64,000 bases of DNA from an uncultured Actinomycetes bacterium (GTDB lineage: Bacteria; Actinomycetota; Thermoleophilia; Gaiellales; Gaiellaceae). Below are positions 28,501-37,573 of this stretch, piece after piece. The first letter of the stretch is position 1. The number at the start of each line of letters is the position of its first letter. The position numbers and the translations under genes are program-made. The stretch is taken from NCBI GenBank assembly GCA_963747125.1, contig CAVVEN010000007.1, positions 16,287 through 80,286 of the forward strand, written 5' to 3'. The notes below the pieces were generated by a model. That model saw only the letters and a program-made list of their open reading frames with translations, was not told where the DNA came from and made no database searches.

Positions 28501-28533
28501 CTGCATAGTATGCATAAAAACGTGGAATTATGC
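28501..28533 (-). promoter_or_regulatory. Candidate ARG box and internal promoter of argC
   Basis: AT-rich island with palindrome TGCATA-G-TATGCA directly before argC; core is one base shorter than the canonical ARG box. Confidence 0.5.
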
Positions 28534-28536
28534 TGG

Positions 28537-31500
28537 TTAGGCGGTGAGGCGGCCCTCTTCGGCAGCCTCGCGCTCGACGAGCTCGCTGCGGGGCGCGAGC
28601 CGCCTGAAGCGGGTGACCGCTCGCTCCTGATCGGAGAGGAGCGCCAGTGCCCGTGCCGAGCCGGTGAGGCGGGCGTGCCGCTCGAGCAACTCGACGAGTC
28701 GCTCGCGCTCGGCTCGCTCGAGCGGCACGAGCGCCACGAGGTCGCCGTTCACGAGACGTTCGTCCGGGTCGAGCAGAAACGCCTCGCCGCCCGTCATCCC
28801 GGCGCCGAGGTTGCGCCCGTGCGGCCCGAGGACGACGACGGTCCCGCGGGTCATGTACTCGCAGCCGTGGTCGCCGACGCCCTCAACGACGGCGAGCGCG
28901 CCCGAGTTGCGCACGGCGAAGCGCTCGCCCGCCGACCCGGCGCAGAAGAGCTCGCCGCCGGTCGCCCCGTAGAGGACGGTGTTGCCGAGCAGGCAGGGGT
29001 CGCCGACGTCGTCGCGCGGGGGCGAGACGACGATCCGGCCGCCGGACATCGCCTTGCCCACGTAGTCGTTCGCCTCCCCGACGAGCCTGAGGTCGACGCC
29101 GGCCGTGAGGAACGCGCCGAAGCTCTGTCCGGCCGAGCCCTCGAAACGCGCGCGGACGCGGCCCGCGGGTGCGGCCGACCCCACCGCCTTTGCGATCGCG
29201 CCGCCCAGTCGGGCGCCGATCGCCCGGTCGGCGTTCGTGACCTGGTACGCGGCCTCGACGAGCCGCGCGCCGCTGATCGCCGCCTTCCCCTGCGCGAGCA
29301 GGAGCGCCCCGAGGCGGTCGCCTTCGTGCGGCACCGGCTGCCCGACGTAGCGGGCGTGGCCCTGCCCGGTCGAGACCAGCAGCGCGGCGAGGTCGAGCGC
29401 GTCCGCCGACGGGTCGCCGGTCCGGCGCTGGCGGAGGAGGTCGACCCGGCCGACGGCCTCGTCGAGCGTCCGCAGGCCAAGGCGGGCGAGATGCTCGCGC
29501 ACGTCGAGCGCGACGAAGCGGAGGTACGCCTCGACCATCTCGGGCGTGCCGGCGAACTTCGCGCGGAGCTCAGGGCGCTGGCTCGCGATCCCCACCGGGC
29601 ACGTGTCGAGGTGGCAGGACCGCACCATCAGGCAGCCCTCGGCGAGCAGGAGCGCGGTGCCGAAGGAGAACTCGTCCGCGCCGAGCAGCGCAGCCACGAC
29701 GACGTCCCGCCCGGTCTTGAAGCCGCCGTCGACGCGGACGCGGACCCGGCCGCGGAGCCCGTTCCCGACGAGCGCCTGCTGGGTCTCGGCGAGCCCCAGC
29801 TCCCAGGGCGCCCCCGCGTGCTTGATGGACGGCAGCGGGCTCGCCCCCGTGCCGCCGTCCGCGCCGGCGACGTGGACGATGTCCGCGTGCGCCTTCGCGA
29901 CGCCGGCCGCGATCACGCCGACGCCGGCCGACGAGACGAGCTTGACCGAGATGTCGGCGTCGGGGTTGACCTCGCGCAGGTCGAAGACGAGCTGGGCGAG
30001 GTCCTCGATCGAGTAGATGTCGTGGTGCGGCGGCGGCGAGATCAGCGACACGCCGGGCGTCGTCGAGCGCAGCCGCGCGATTTCCTCCGTCACCTTGTGC
30101 GCCGGGATCTGCCCTCCCTCACCGGGCTTCGACCCCTGGGCGACCTTGATCTGGAGCTCGTCTGCGGAGGCCGCGTACTCCGCGGTGACGCCGAAGCGGC
30201 CGGAGGCGACCTGCTTGATCTTCGAGTTGCGCTCGTCCCGGTAACGGGCCGGGTCCTCGCCGCCTTCGCCGGAATTCGACCGGCCGCCGAGACGGTTCAG
30301 CGCGATCGCGATCGTCTCGTGCGCCTCGGCCGAGAGCGCCCCGTGCGACATCGCCCCGCCGGAGAACCGCCGCACGATCGACTCCACGGGCTCGACCTCG
30401 TCGAGCGGCAACGGCTCGCCTACGGGCACGAGCTCGAGCAGGTCGCGCGGCTCGATCGGCGTGCGGCCGTCGACGAGCTCCGCGAACCGCGCGTAGAGCT
30501 CCTGGCGCTCGCCCTTGACCGCCTTCACGAGCGCGTGCGCCGCCGTCACGCTCGCCTGGAGCGCCTCGACGACGTCCGGCTCGGTGGCATGCGGCTCTCC
30601 GCCCTTGCGGAACTTGTAGAAGCCCGGGTTCTCGAGTTGCGGCTTCTCGGCCTCGCTCGCAGCAAGGCGGGCGAGCGCGTCGCGCTCGAGGCCGTCGAGG
30701 GAGACGCCGCCGATCGCCGAGGGTGTCCCGCCGAAGAACCGCCGGCAGAGCCGCCGGTCGAGGCCGACCGCCTCGAAGAGGCGCGCACCGCGATAGCTCG
30801 CGACGTCCGAGATCCCCATCTTCGACATCACCTTGAGGACGCCGTCCTCGAGCGACCCGAGGAGCCGGGCCTGTGCCTCCGCGGGCGTCGGCCGGTCGCC
30901 GCCGACCTTGTCGGTGTCGGCGAGCCGGGCAACCGTCTCGAGCGCGAGCCGCGGGCAGACGACATCCACACCGAAGCCGACGAGGGTTGCAACCATGTGC
31001 GTGTCGCGCGCCTCGTCGCTCGATACGAGCAGCGAGCAGGCCGTCCGCAGGCCGCTCTCGACGAGCCTGCCATGGGCGGCGGCAACCGCGAGCAGGGACG
31101 GGACGGGCGCGCGGTCGCCGCCTGCAGCGGCGTCCGTGAGGCACACGGCGGTCGACCCGGACTCCGCGAGCTCCACCGCGCGGTCGGCGACACGCTCGGC
31201 CGCAGCGCCGAGTCCCTCCTCCGCGGTGAACGTCGCATCGATCTCGTCCGGCGCGAGCGCGGCGAGGCCGTCCGGCGTGACCAGGAACGTCGGAAGCACG
31301 ACGAGCGGGGGCAGTGGTCCCTCGGCGTCGAGCGGCGCGCGTGCCCCGACCAGGGTTGCGACCGACATCACGGTGCGCTCGCGATAGTGGTCGATCGCCG
31401 GGTTCGTCACCTGTGCGAACCGCTGCCGGAAGTACGACGCGAGGGGGCGGCCGCGACCGGCGAGCGGCGCGATCGGCGCGTCGTCGCCCATCGAGTAGAC

Positions 31501-32847
31501 CGGGTCCGAGCCGGTCTGAGCGATCGGCCGCAGCATCAGCGAGAGCTCCTCGCGCGTGTACCCGTGGAGTGCGTGACGGGCGCCGAGATCCGCCTCGGGT
31601 GCGGCCAGCGGCTCGCCCTGCTCAGCGAAGCGCACGCTGTCGTCGACCCACGAGGCGTACGGCTTGCGCGACGCGAGCTCCCGCTTGAGCTCGCCGTCGA
31701 ACAGGAGCCCGCGGTGCGGGTCGAGCGAGAGGAGCTGCCCGGGGCCGAGCCGCGCGCGCCGGACGGCGACGCCGTCGGGCAACGGGATCGCGCCCGCCTC
31801 GGAGGACACGGCGACGAGCCCGTCCTCGCACACGGCGACCCGGAGCGGCCGTAGGCCGTTGCGGTCGAGCGCCGCGCCGCATACCTCGCCGTCGCCGAAC
31901 ACGAGGCCGGCGGGGCCGTCCCACGGCTCGGCGAGCATCGCGTGGTAGCGGTGCATCGCGCGCTCCCGCTCGTCGATGCGCGGGTCGTTCTGCCATGCCG
32001 GCGGGACGAGGAGCGTCACCGCCTCGCGCACGTCGAAGCCGGCCCGGACGAGGAGCTCGAGCGCGTTGTCGAGGAGCGCAGAGTCCGAGCCCTCACGGTC
32101 GAGCGCGGGCGCAAGCTCGGCCTCGAGACCGCGGGCGCTCTCGCGCGCCTCCATCCACGCGACGTTCCCGTCGATGGTGTTGATCTCGCCGTTGTGGCAG
32201 AGGAAGCGGAACGGCTGCGCGCGCTCCCAGCTCGGGTTGGTGTTCGTCGAGAAGCGCTGGTGGAAGATCGCCCACGACGCCGTCCAGCCGGGGTCCGCGA
32301 GATCGGGGTAGAAGGTACGGAGTTGCGTCGCGGCGCAGAGCGCCTTGTAGGTCACCGTCCGGAACGAGATCGACGCGACGTACACGCCGTCGACCCGCTC
32401 GGCGCGCCGTCGCGCGCGGTGCGCGCGCAGCTCGGCGTCCGCCTCGGCGCACGGGGCGAGGACCAGCTGGGCGATGCGCGGCATGCTCGCCGTCGCGGTG
32501 GACCCGAGCGCGGCGACGTCGGTCGGCACGTCCCGCCAGCCGAACGGCTCGAGCCCCTCGGCGCGGCAGGCCTCCTCGACGATGCCTCGCAGCCACGGCT
32601 CGCGCAGGAAGCACATCGCGAGACCTGCTCCCTCGATGCCCGTCAGCGAGGGGTGGAGCGGGAGCAGGACGCCCGCACCGTCGCCCGTGACGCCGTCCGC
32701 CGCCCACGCGCCGCGGTGCGAGACCGCCGCGAGCCCGGCGAGCGCGCGGTCGACGAGCTCGCGCGAGGCGCGCCCGCGCGCATCCGCAACGAGGCCGATG
32801 CCGCAGGCGTCGCGCTCGATGGTCGGGTCGTGGAGTGGCTGGCTCAC
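28537..32847 (-). CDS. gltB: Glutamate synthase large subunit
   Basis: DACG Ntn-Cys, HQRFSTNT, HNGEINT, QVTNPAID, KQVASGRFGV, CHLDTCPVGIA, GERFAVRNSG. Confidence 0.95.
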   Translation of the reverse strand: MSQPLHDPTIERDACGIGLVADARGRASRELVDRALAGLAAVSHRGAWAADGVTGDGAGVLLPLHPSLTGIEGAGLAMCFLREPWLRGIVEEACRAEGLEPFGWRDVPTDVAALGSTATASMPRIAQLVLAPCAEADAELRAHRARRRAERVDGVYVASISFRTVTYKALCAATQLRTFYPDLADPGWTASWAIFHQRFSTNTNPSWERAQPFRFLCHNGEINTIDGNVAWMEARESARGLEAELAPALDREGSDSALLDNALELLVRAGFDVREAVTLLVPPAWQNDPRIDERERAMHRYHAMLAEPWDGPAGLVFGDGEVCGAALDRNGLRPLRVAVCEDGLVAVSSEAGAIPLPDGVAVRRARLGPGQLLSLDPHRGLLFDGELKRELASRKPYASWVDDSVRFAEQGEPLAAPEADLGARHALHGYTREELSLMLRPIAQTGSDPVYSMGDDAPIAPLAGRGRPLASYFRQRFAQVTNPAIDHYRERTVMSVATLVGARAPLDAEGPLPPLVVLPTFLVTPDGLAALAPDEIDATFTAEEGLGAAAERVADRAVELAESGSTAVCLTDAAAGGDRAPVPSLLAVAAAHGRLVESGLRTACSLLVSSDEARDTHMVATLVGFGVDVVCPRLALETVARLADTDKVGGDRPTPAEAQARLLGSLEDGVLKVMSKMGISDVASYRGARLFEAVGLDRRLCRRFFGGTPSAIGGVSLDGLERDALARLAASEAEKPQLENPGFYKFRKGGEPHATEPDVVEALQASVTAAHALVKAVKGERQELYARFAELVDGRTPIEPRDLLELVPVGEPLPLDEVEPVESIVRRFSGGAMSHGALSAEAHETIAIALNRLGGRSNSGEGGEDPARYRDERNSKIKQVASGRFGVTAEYAASADELQIKVAQGSKPGEGGQIPAHKVTEEIARLRSTTPGVSLISPPPHHDIYSIEDLAQLVFDLREVNPDADISVKLVSSAGVGVIAAGVAKAHADIVHVAGADGGTGASPLPSIKHAGAPWELGLAETQQALVGNGLRGRVRVRVDGGFKTGRDVVVAALLGADEFSFGTALLLAEGCLMVRSCHLDTCPVGIASQRPELRAKFAGTPEMVEAYLRFVALDVREHLARLGLRTLDEAVGRVDLLRQRRTGDPSADALDLAALLVSTGQGHARYVGQPVPHEGDRLGALLLAQGKAAISGARLVEAAYQVTNADRAIGARLGGAIAKAVGSAAPAGRVRARFEGSAGQSFGAFLTAGVDLRLVGEANDYVGKAMSGGRIVVSPPRDDVGDPCLLGNTVLYGATGGELFCAGSAGERFAVRNSGALAVVEGVGDHGCEYMTRGTVVVLGPHGRNLGAGMTGGEAFLLDPDERLVNGDLVALVPLERAERERLVELLERHARLTGSARALALLSDQERAVTRFRRLAPRSELVEREAAEEGRLTA

Positions 32848-32939
32848 GAGGGGCAGGTCGGCCTTTCGTGGTCGGATACGAGGAGGGCTTCCCGCCGGGT
32901 CTCGGCTGCTAGCTGGCGGGGGCGGGAGGGGGTCGCCGG

Positions 32940-33032
32940 CTAGCGCCGTTTGGAGGCGATGAACGCAATCGGCGAGATCGGGACTACGGGGGCCCCTGCA
33001 CGGAAGTCAGGACGATTCGCCTCGCGCACCAT
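32940..33032 (-). CDS. Candidate gltB leader peptide (30 aa)
   Basis: MVREANRPDFRAGAPVVPISPIAFIASKRR; TACCAT upstream; the stop codon begins a GC-rich hairpin. Confidence 0.35.
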   Translation of the reverse strand: MVREANRPDFRAGAPVVPISPIAFIASKRR

Positions 33033-33087
33033 CGATCATCGATGGTAGTCGGCCGGACGGGTAGCCGCAAGCTGGACCAACGGCGAA

Positions 33088-33116
33088 TTGACAGCGACCC
33101 GGGCTTCCGGCACTCT
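33088..33116 (+). promoter_or_regulatory. Promoter of the ilv/thr operon
   Basis: TTGACA-17 nt-CACTCT. Confidence 0.6.
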
Positions 33117-33125
33117 CCGTCCAGG

Positions 33126-33221
33126 ATGCTCTGCCACGCCGTATCCGTATGCCCTCTCGTACCGCGCCCCGCGGTCGCGATCGGCGGCGGCATCGAGCTC
33201 ATCCTGATTCTCCCCTTCTAG
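33126..33221 (+). CDS. Ile/Leu/Val-rich leader peptide (attenuator) of the ilv operon
   Basis: MLCHAVSVCPLVPRPAVAIGGGIELILILPF: 13/31 ILV residues, GTA/ATT codons rare at this GC content; hairpin TCTCCCC-TTCTA-GGGGAGA over the stop. Confidence 0.65.
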   Translation: MLCHAVSVCPLVPRPAVAIGGGIELILILPF

Positions 33222-33357
33222 GGGAGATCGACGCTCACGCGCCGCACCGGGCGCACACGCCGACCGAGACCCCAGAAGAGGTGCGTCTACCGGGCGTACC
33301 GAGCGAGAGGAGCACCACCCCGATGACCGTCACTCCCCCGACACCCCGTTCCCTCCG

Positions 33358-34290
33358 ATGACCGGCCGCCAGACGTACGTCGTCGCATGCCTCGCCGGCC
33401 ACGGGATCGGGCCCGAGATCACGGCCGCCGCGAGCCGCGCGCTCGCAGGGCTCGCGCGCGAGCACGGCTTCGCGGTCGAGGAGCTGCACCCGCCGTTCGA
33501 CACCGAGGCGCTGACCCGCTCGGGCCACCTCCTTCCCGCGGCGACCCGCCAGGCGACGTCGAGCGCGGACGCCGTGCTCGTCGCAGGAGATGCCGCGCCG
33601 GCGCTCGAGGGCCTACGGGCGGCGCTCGACCTCGGCGCGCGGGTGACACGCGTGCTCGACGACACGGGCGAGGCGACGACCTTCTCGGCCCTGCACGAGG
33701 GGGCGGGCGACTGGACGCTCGACCGCGCGTTCGCAACGGCCCGCAACCGCTCCGGGCGGCTCACGTCGGTGGGCGTCTCGGAGACGTGGGCCGCGCGGGT
33801 CGATCGCCACGCCGACCGTCATCCGGGGGTCGAGGTCGACCATGTACCCCTCCCGCAGGCGCTCCATCGGCTCGCCTCCGGCTCGGCCGGCGTGCTCGTG
33901 GCCGAGCGCGTTCTCGGCGACGCGGTCGCCGAGGCGCCGAGGCTCGGCGGCCGTCGCAGGCTCGTCGCGTCCGCGTATCTCTCTCCGACCGGCCCCAGCC
34001 TCTTCGGCCCCGCGCAGGGGACGGAGAGCGAGCTCGCCGGGTACGGCATGGCCGACCCGAGCCCCATGCTGCTCGCGACGGCGCTGCTTCTCTCCGAGGG
34101 CCTCGGCCGCGCCGCCGCCGGCGAGGCGCTCGAGGAGAGCCTGACCGCCGCGCTCCGGGCGTCGCCGCGGCCGTCCGACGTCGCCGGGCCGGGCGTCACG
34201 GCGACGACCCGGGAGTTCGTCGACGCCGTGCTAGGCCTGCTACGCAGCGCCCGCCGCGACACCGAGTTCGCGCTGGGGGTGGGACCGTGA
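33358..34290 (+). CDS. Isocitrate/isopropylmalate dehydrogenase-like protein with degenerate active site
   Basis: GHGIGPE start, ADPSPMLLATALLL, TATTREF; lacks NLRP, RENTE, GDILSD and EPxHGSAP. Confidence 0.75.
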   Translation: MTGRQTYVVACLAGHGIGPEITAAASRALAGLAREHGFAVEELHPPFDTEALTRSGHLLPAATRQATSSADAVLVAGDAAPALEGLRAALDLGARVTRVLDDTGEATTFSALHEGAGDWTLDRAFATARNRSGRLTSVGVSETWAARVDRHADRHPGVEVDHVPLPQALHRLASGSAGVLVAERVLGDAVAEAPRLGGRRRLVASAYLSPTGPSLFGPAQGTESELAGYGMADPSPMLLATALLLSEGLGRAAAGEALEESLTAALRASPRPSDVAGPGVTATTREFVDAVLGLLRSARRDTEFALGVGP

Positions 34291-36017
34291 AGATGACCGG
34301 CGGCGACGCGATCCTCCGCTCGCTCGAGGCCGAGGGCGTGGACATGATGTTCGGCATCCCGGGCGGGGCGATCATGCCCACCTACGACGCCATGGCCCGC
34401 GGGACCGCCGTCCGTCATGTCCTCGCGCGGCACGAGCAGGGTGCCGGGCACATGGCGCAGGGCTACGCCCGGGCTTCCGGCCGAGTCGGCGTCGCGATCG
34501 CCACGTCCGGGCCCGGCGCGACGAACCTCGTCACGCCGATCGCGGACGCCTGGATGGACTCGACGCCGCTCGTGTGCATCACGGGACAGGTGCGTTCCAG
34601 CCTGATCGGCACGGACGGCTTCCAGGAGTGCGACATCACCGGGATCACCATGCCGATCGTCAAGCATTCGTGGCTCGTATCGGACGTCCGCGACCTTCCC
34701 GCGACGATGAAGGCCGCCTTCCACATCGCGCGCAGCGGCCGCTGCGGGCCCGTCCTCGTCGACGTGCCGCGCGACCTCCAGGAGGCGACGTTCGACTTCG
34801 CCTATCCGGACGAGGTCGAGCTCCCCGGCTGGCGGCCGCCGTCGAAGGTGCATCCGCTCCAGATCCGGGAGGCGGCGCGGGCGATCGCCCATGCGCGCAA
34901 GCCGGTGCTCTACGTCGGCGGCGGGACCCTCAACGGCGACGCCTGCGCGGAGCTGCTCCGGCTCGCCGAGGGCGGAACTCTCCCGGTCGTGACCACGCTG
35001 ATGGGCAAGAGCGCGTTCCCGGAGACGCACGAGCTCCATTTCGGCTGGCCGGGCATGCACGGGGCGAAGTGGTCGAACCTCGCGATGAACACCTGCGACG
35101 TGCTCGTCGCGATCGGCGCGCGGTTCGACGACCGCGTGACGGGCAAGCTCTCCGCCTTCGCGCCGGGGGCGACAGTCGTCCATCTCGACATCGACCCGGC
35201 CGAGATCTCGAAGCTCCGCAGCGCGGACATCCCGGTCGTCGGGCCGCTCGCGACGGCCGTGAGCGAGCTGGCGGACGCGGTCGCCGCCCAGCGCGCCGAG
35301 GGCGCGCCCGTGCCGGAGGCGTGGCTCGACCAGCTCCGCGCCTGGCGCGAGGAGTTCCCGCTCCGGTACGACACGAGCGAGGAGTGGCTCAAGCCGCAGC
35401 AGGTCGTGCAGGCGCTCCAGCGGCTCACCGCCGGCACCGACACGATCGTCACCACCGGAGTGGGCCAGCATCAGATGTGGGCGATGCAGTACGTCGTCTC
35501 CGAGCGGCCACGGAGCTTCATCACCTCGGGCGGCCTCGGGACGATGGGATACGGCATCCCCGCGGCGATCGGGGCCAAGGCCGCGCGTCCCGAGGCGACG
35601 GTCGTCTGCGTCGACGGCGACGGCTGCTTCCAGATGACCGCGCAGGAGCTCACGACGGCGGTGGTCGAGGACCTCCCGATCGTCGTCGTGCTCGTCAACA
35701 ACGCCCATCTCGGGATGGTCACGCAGTGGCAGGACATGTTCTTCGACGGACGGCGGTCGCACGTCCATCTCACCTCCCAGGTGCCCGATTACGCACGGCT
35801 CGCCGAGGCGTACGGCGGCGTTGGGATGGTCGCCAGGGACGAGGGCGAGCTGGACGTCGCGCTTTCGGAGGCGCTCGCATCCGGTCGGACAGCCGTCGTC
35901 GACTGCCGCGTCGACCCGGCCGAGCAGGTGTTCCCGATGATCCCGGCCGGTGCCGCGGCGCTCGACATGCTCGAGTACCCCGGGGCCGGCACGACCGTGG
36001 AGGCAAGAGCGCTATGA
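34287..36017 (+). CDS. ilvB: Acetolactate synthase large subunit
   Basis: FGIPGG, RHEQGA, TSGPGATN, GMHG, SGGLGTMG, DGDGCFQM, GMVTQWQ. Confidence 0.95.
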   Translation: MKMTGGDAILRSLEAEGVDMMFGIPGGAIMPTYDAMARGTAVRHVLARHEQGAGHMAQGYARASGRVGVAIATSGPGATNLVTPIADAWMDSTPLVCITGQVRSSLIGTDGFQECDITGITMPIVKHSWLVSDVRDLPATMKAAFHIARSGRCGPVLVDVPRDLQEATFDFAYPDEVELPGWRPPSKVHPLQIREAARAIAHARKPVLYVGGGTLNGDACAELLRLAEGGTLPVVTTLMGKSAFPETHELHFGWPGMHGAKWSNLAMNTCDVLVAIGARFDDRVTGKLSAFAPGATVVHLDIDPAEISKLRSADIPVVGPLATAVSELADAVAAQRAEGAPVPEAWLDQLRAWREEFPLRYDTSEEWLKPQQVVQALQRLTAGTDTIVTTGVGQHQMWAMQYVVSERPRSFITSGGLGTMGYGIPAAIGAKAARPEATVVCVDGDGCFQMTAQELTTAVVEDLPIVVVLVNNAHLGMVTQWQDMFFDGRRSHVHLTSQVPDYARLAEAYGGVGMVARDEGELDVALSEALASGRTAVVDCRVDPAEQVFPMIPAGAAALDMLEYPGAGTTVEARAL

Positions 36018-36529
36018 AGCACACGTTGTCGGTGATCGTCGAGGACCGACCCGGCGCGCTCACGCGCATCACGACGATGTTCGCGCGGCGCGGGTTCAAC
36101 ATCGAGTCGCTCGCGGTCGGTCCGACCGAGCGGCCCGGCGTCTCCTGCATCACGCTGCGTGTCGACTGCGCGCAGCACTCGCTCGAGCAGATCGAGAAGC
36201 AGATCCACAAGCTCGTCAACGTCCTCCGCGTGACGGAGCTCGTGTCCGGCGAGGCGGTCGAGCGCGAGCTGCTCGTCGTCCGCGTCTCGGCGGCGCCCGA
36301 GAAGCGCGCGGAGCTCGTCACAACCGCCGAGGCGCTCGGCGGCCGTCTCCTCGACGTCGGCTCGGACGCCGTCGTGCTCGAGCTGACCGGGACCCCCGAG
36401 GAGCTCGACTCCTTCCACGAGCTCTGCCACCCCTACGGGATCCTCGACCTCGTCCGCACCGGCCGCATCGGCGTGCCCCGCGCCTCGGCGCGCAGGCGCG
36501 CAGCGCGGCGGCTCGCGGCGATCAACTGA
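36014..36529 (+). CDS. ilvN: Acetolactate synthase small subunit
   Basis: HTLSVIVEDRPGAL, RRGFNIESLAVG, VRTG. Confidence 0.93.
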   Translation: MKHTLSVIVEDRPGALTRITTMFARRGFNIESLAVGPTERPGVSCITLRVDCAQHSLEQIEKQIHKLVNVLRVTELVSGEAVERELLVVRVSAAPEKRAELVTTAEALGGRLLDVGSDAVVLELTGTPEELDSFHELCHPYGILDLVRTGRIGVPRASARRRAARRLAAIN

Positions 36530-36577
36530 TCCGCGGCGAGCTATACCTCGCTCTCCATCCCAGCGAAAGGAATCCGC

Positions 36578-37573
36578 ATGGCAACGATCCTCCGCGACGG
36601 CGACCTCTCCCTCCTCGACGGCACCGTCGCAGTGGTGGGGTACGGAAGCCAGGGCCACGCGCACGCTCTCAACCTCCGGGACTCCGGCGTCAAGGTGGTC
36701 GTCGGCCTCCGCGAGGGCTCGTCCTCGGCGAGCGCGGCGGAGGAGGCAGGGCTCGAGGTCAGGACGATCCCCGAGGCCGTGCGCGGCGCGCAGCTCGTCT
36801 CTCTGCTCGTGCCCGACCAGGTGCAGCCTGCGGTGTTCGCGGAGTTCGTCGAGCCGGAGCTCGCCGACGGCGCCGCGGTGCTCTTCGCGCACGGCTTCAA
36901 CGTCCTCTACGGCCGCGTGGCCCCCGCCGCCGGCCACGACGTGGTCATGGTCGCGCCAAAGGGCCCCGGGCACGTCGTGCGGCGGCTGTTCACCGAGGGG
37001 TTCGGCACGCCTGCGCTGATCGCAGTCGAGCAGGATGCATCCGGCCGCGCCCGCGACCTCGCGCTCGCCTACGCCGTCGGGATCGGTGCGGCGCGGGCGG
37101 GGATCCTCGAGACGACGTTCAAGGAGGAGACGGAGACCGACCTGTTCGGCGAGCAGGCCGTGCTCTGCGGCGGGACGACCGAGCTCGTCCGGGCCGGGTT
37201 CGAGACACTCGTCGCGGCCGGGTACCAGCCCGAGATCGCCTACTACGAGTGCCTCCACGAGCTGAAGCTGATCGTCGACCTCCTCTGGGAGGGCGGCTTC
37301 CAGCACATGCGCTGGTCGATCTCCGACACCGCGGAGTTCGGCGACTACGTGAGCGGGCCGCGCGTTGTCGACTCGCACGTGCGGGAGCAGATGCAGCGCG
37401 TCCTCGACGACATCCGCTCGGGCGAGTTCGCCAAGCTGTGGATCGCCGAGATGGAGAGCGGCGAGGCGGGTCTCCGGGGGCACCGGGCCGAAGCGGCGAA
37501 CCAGCTGATCGAAACGGTCGGCGAGGAGCTGCGCTCGCTCATGCGCCGCGAGGACGCGAGTGCAGTCCGTTGA
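36578..37573 (+). CDS. ilvC: Ketol-acid reductoisomerase
   Basis: [42 protein letters not shown]. Confidence 0.95.
   Translation: MATILRDGDLSLLDGTVAVVGYGSQGHAHALNLRDSGVKVVVGLREGSSSASAAEEAGLEVRTIPEAVRGAQLVSLLVPDQVQPAVFAEFVEPELADGAAVLFAHGFNVLYGRVAPAAGHDVVMVAPKGPGHVVRRLFTEGFGTPALIAVEQDASGRARDLALAYAVGIGAARAGILETTFKEETETDLFGEQAVLCGGTTELVRAGFETLVAAGYQPEIAYYECLHELKLIVDLLWEGGFQHMRWSISDTAEFGDYVSGPRVVDSHVREQMQRVLDDIRSGEFAKLWIAEMESGEAGLRGHRAEAANQLIETVGEELRSLMRREDASAVR

Noticed and set aside
27643-31854. Very long antisense or alternate-frame ORFs (this 1403-aa one; also 295-2340, 8474-10921, 54182-57319)
   Set aside because: Arg/Ala/Pro-rich shadows of real genes in high-GC DNA; no recognisable motifs.
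32850-32975. Glutamine (glnA) riboswitch upstream of gltB
   Set aside because: CGTTCATC and GGAAG are present, but I found no complementary P1 closing strand or E-loop; a cmscan would settle it.
32985-33005. RAGAP in the gltB uORF as a SecM-like arrest motif
   Set aside because: Not RAGP or RAPP, and it lies mid-peptide.
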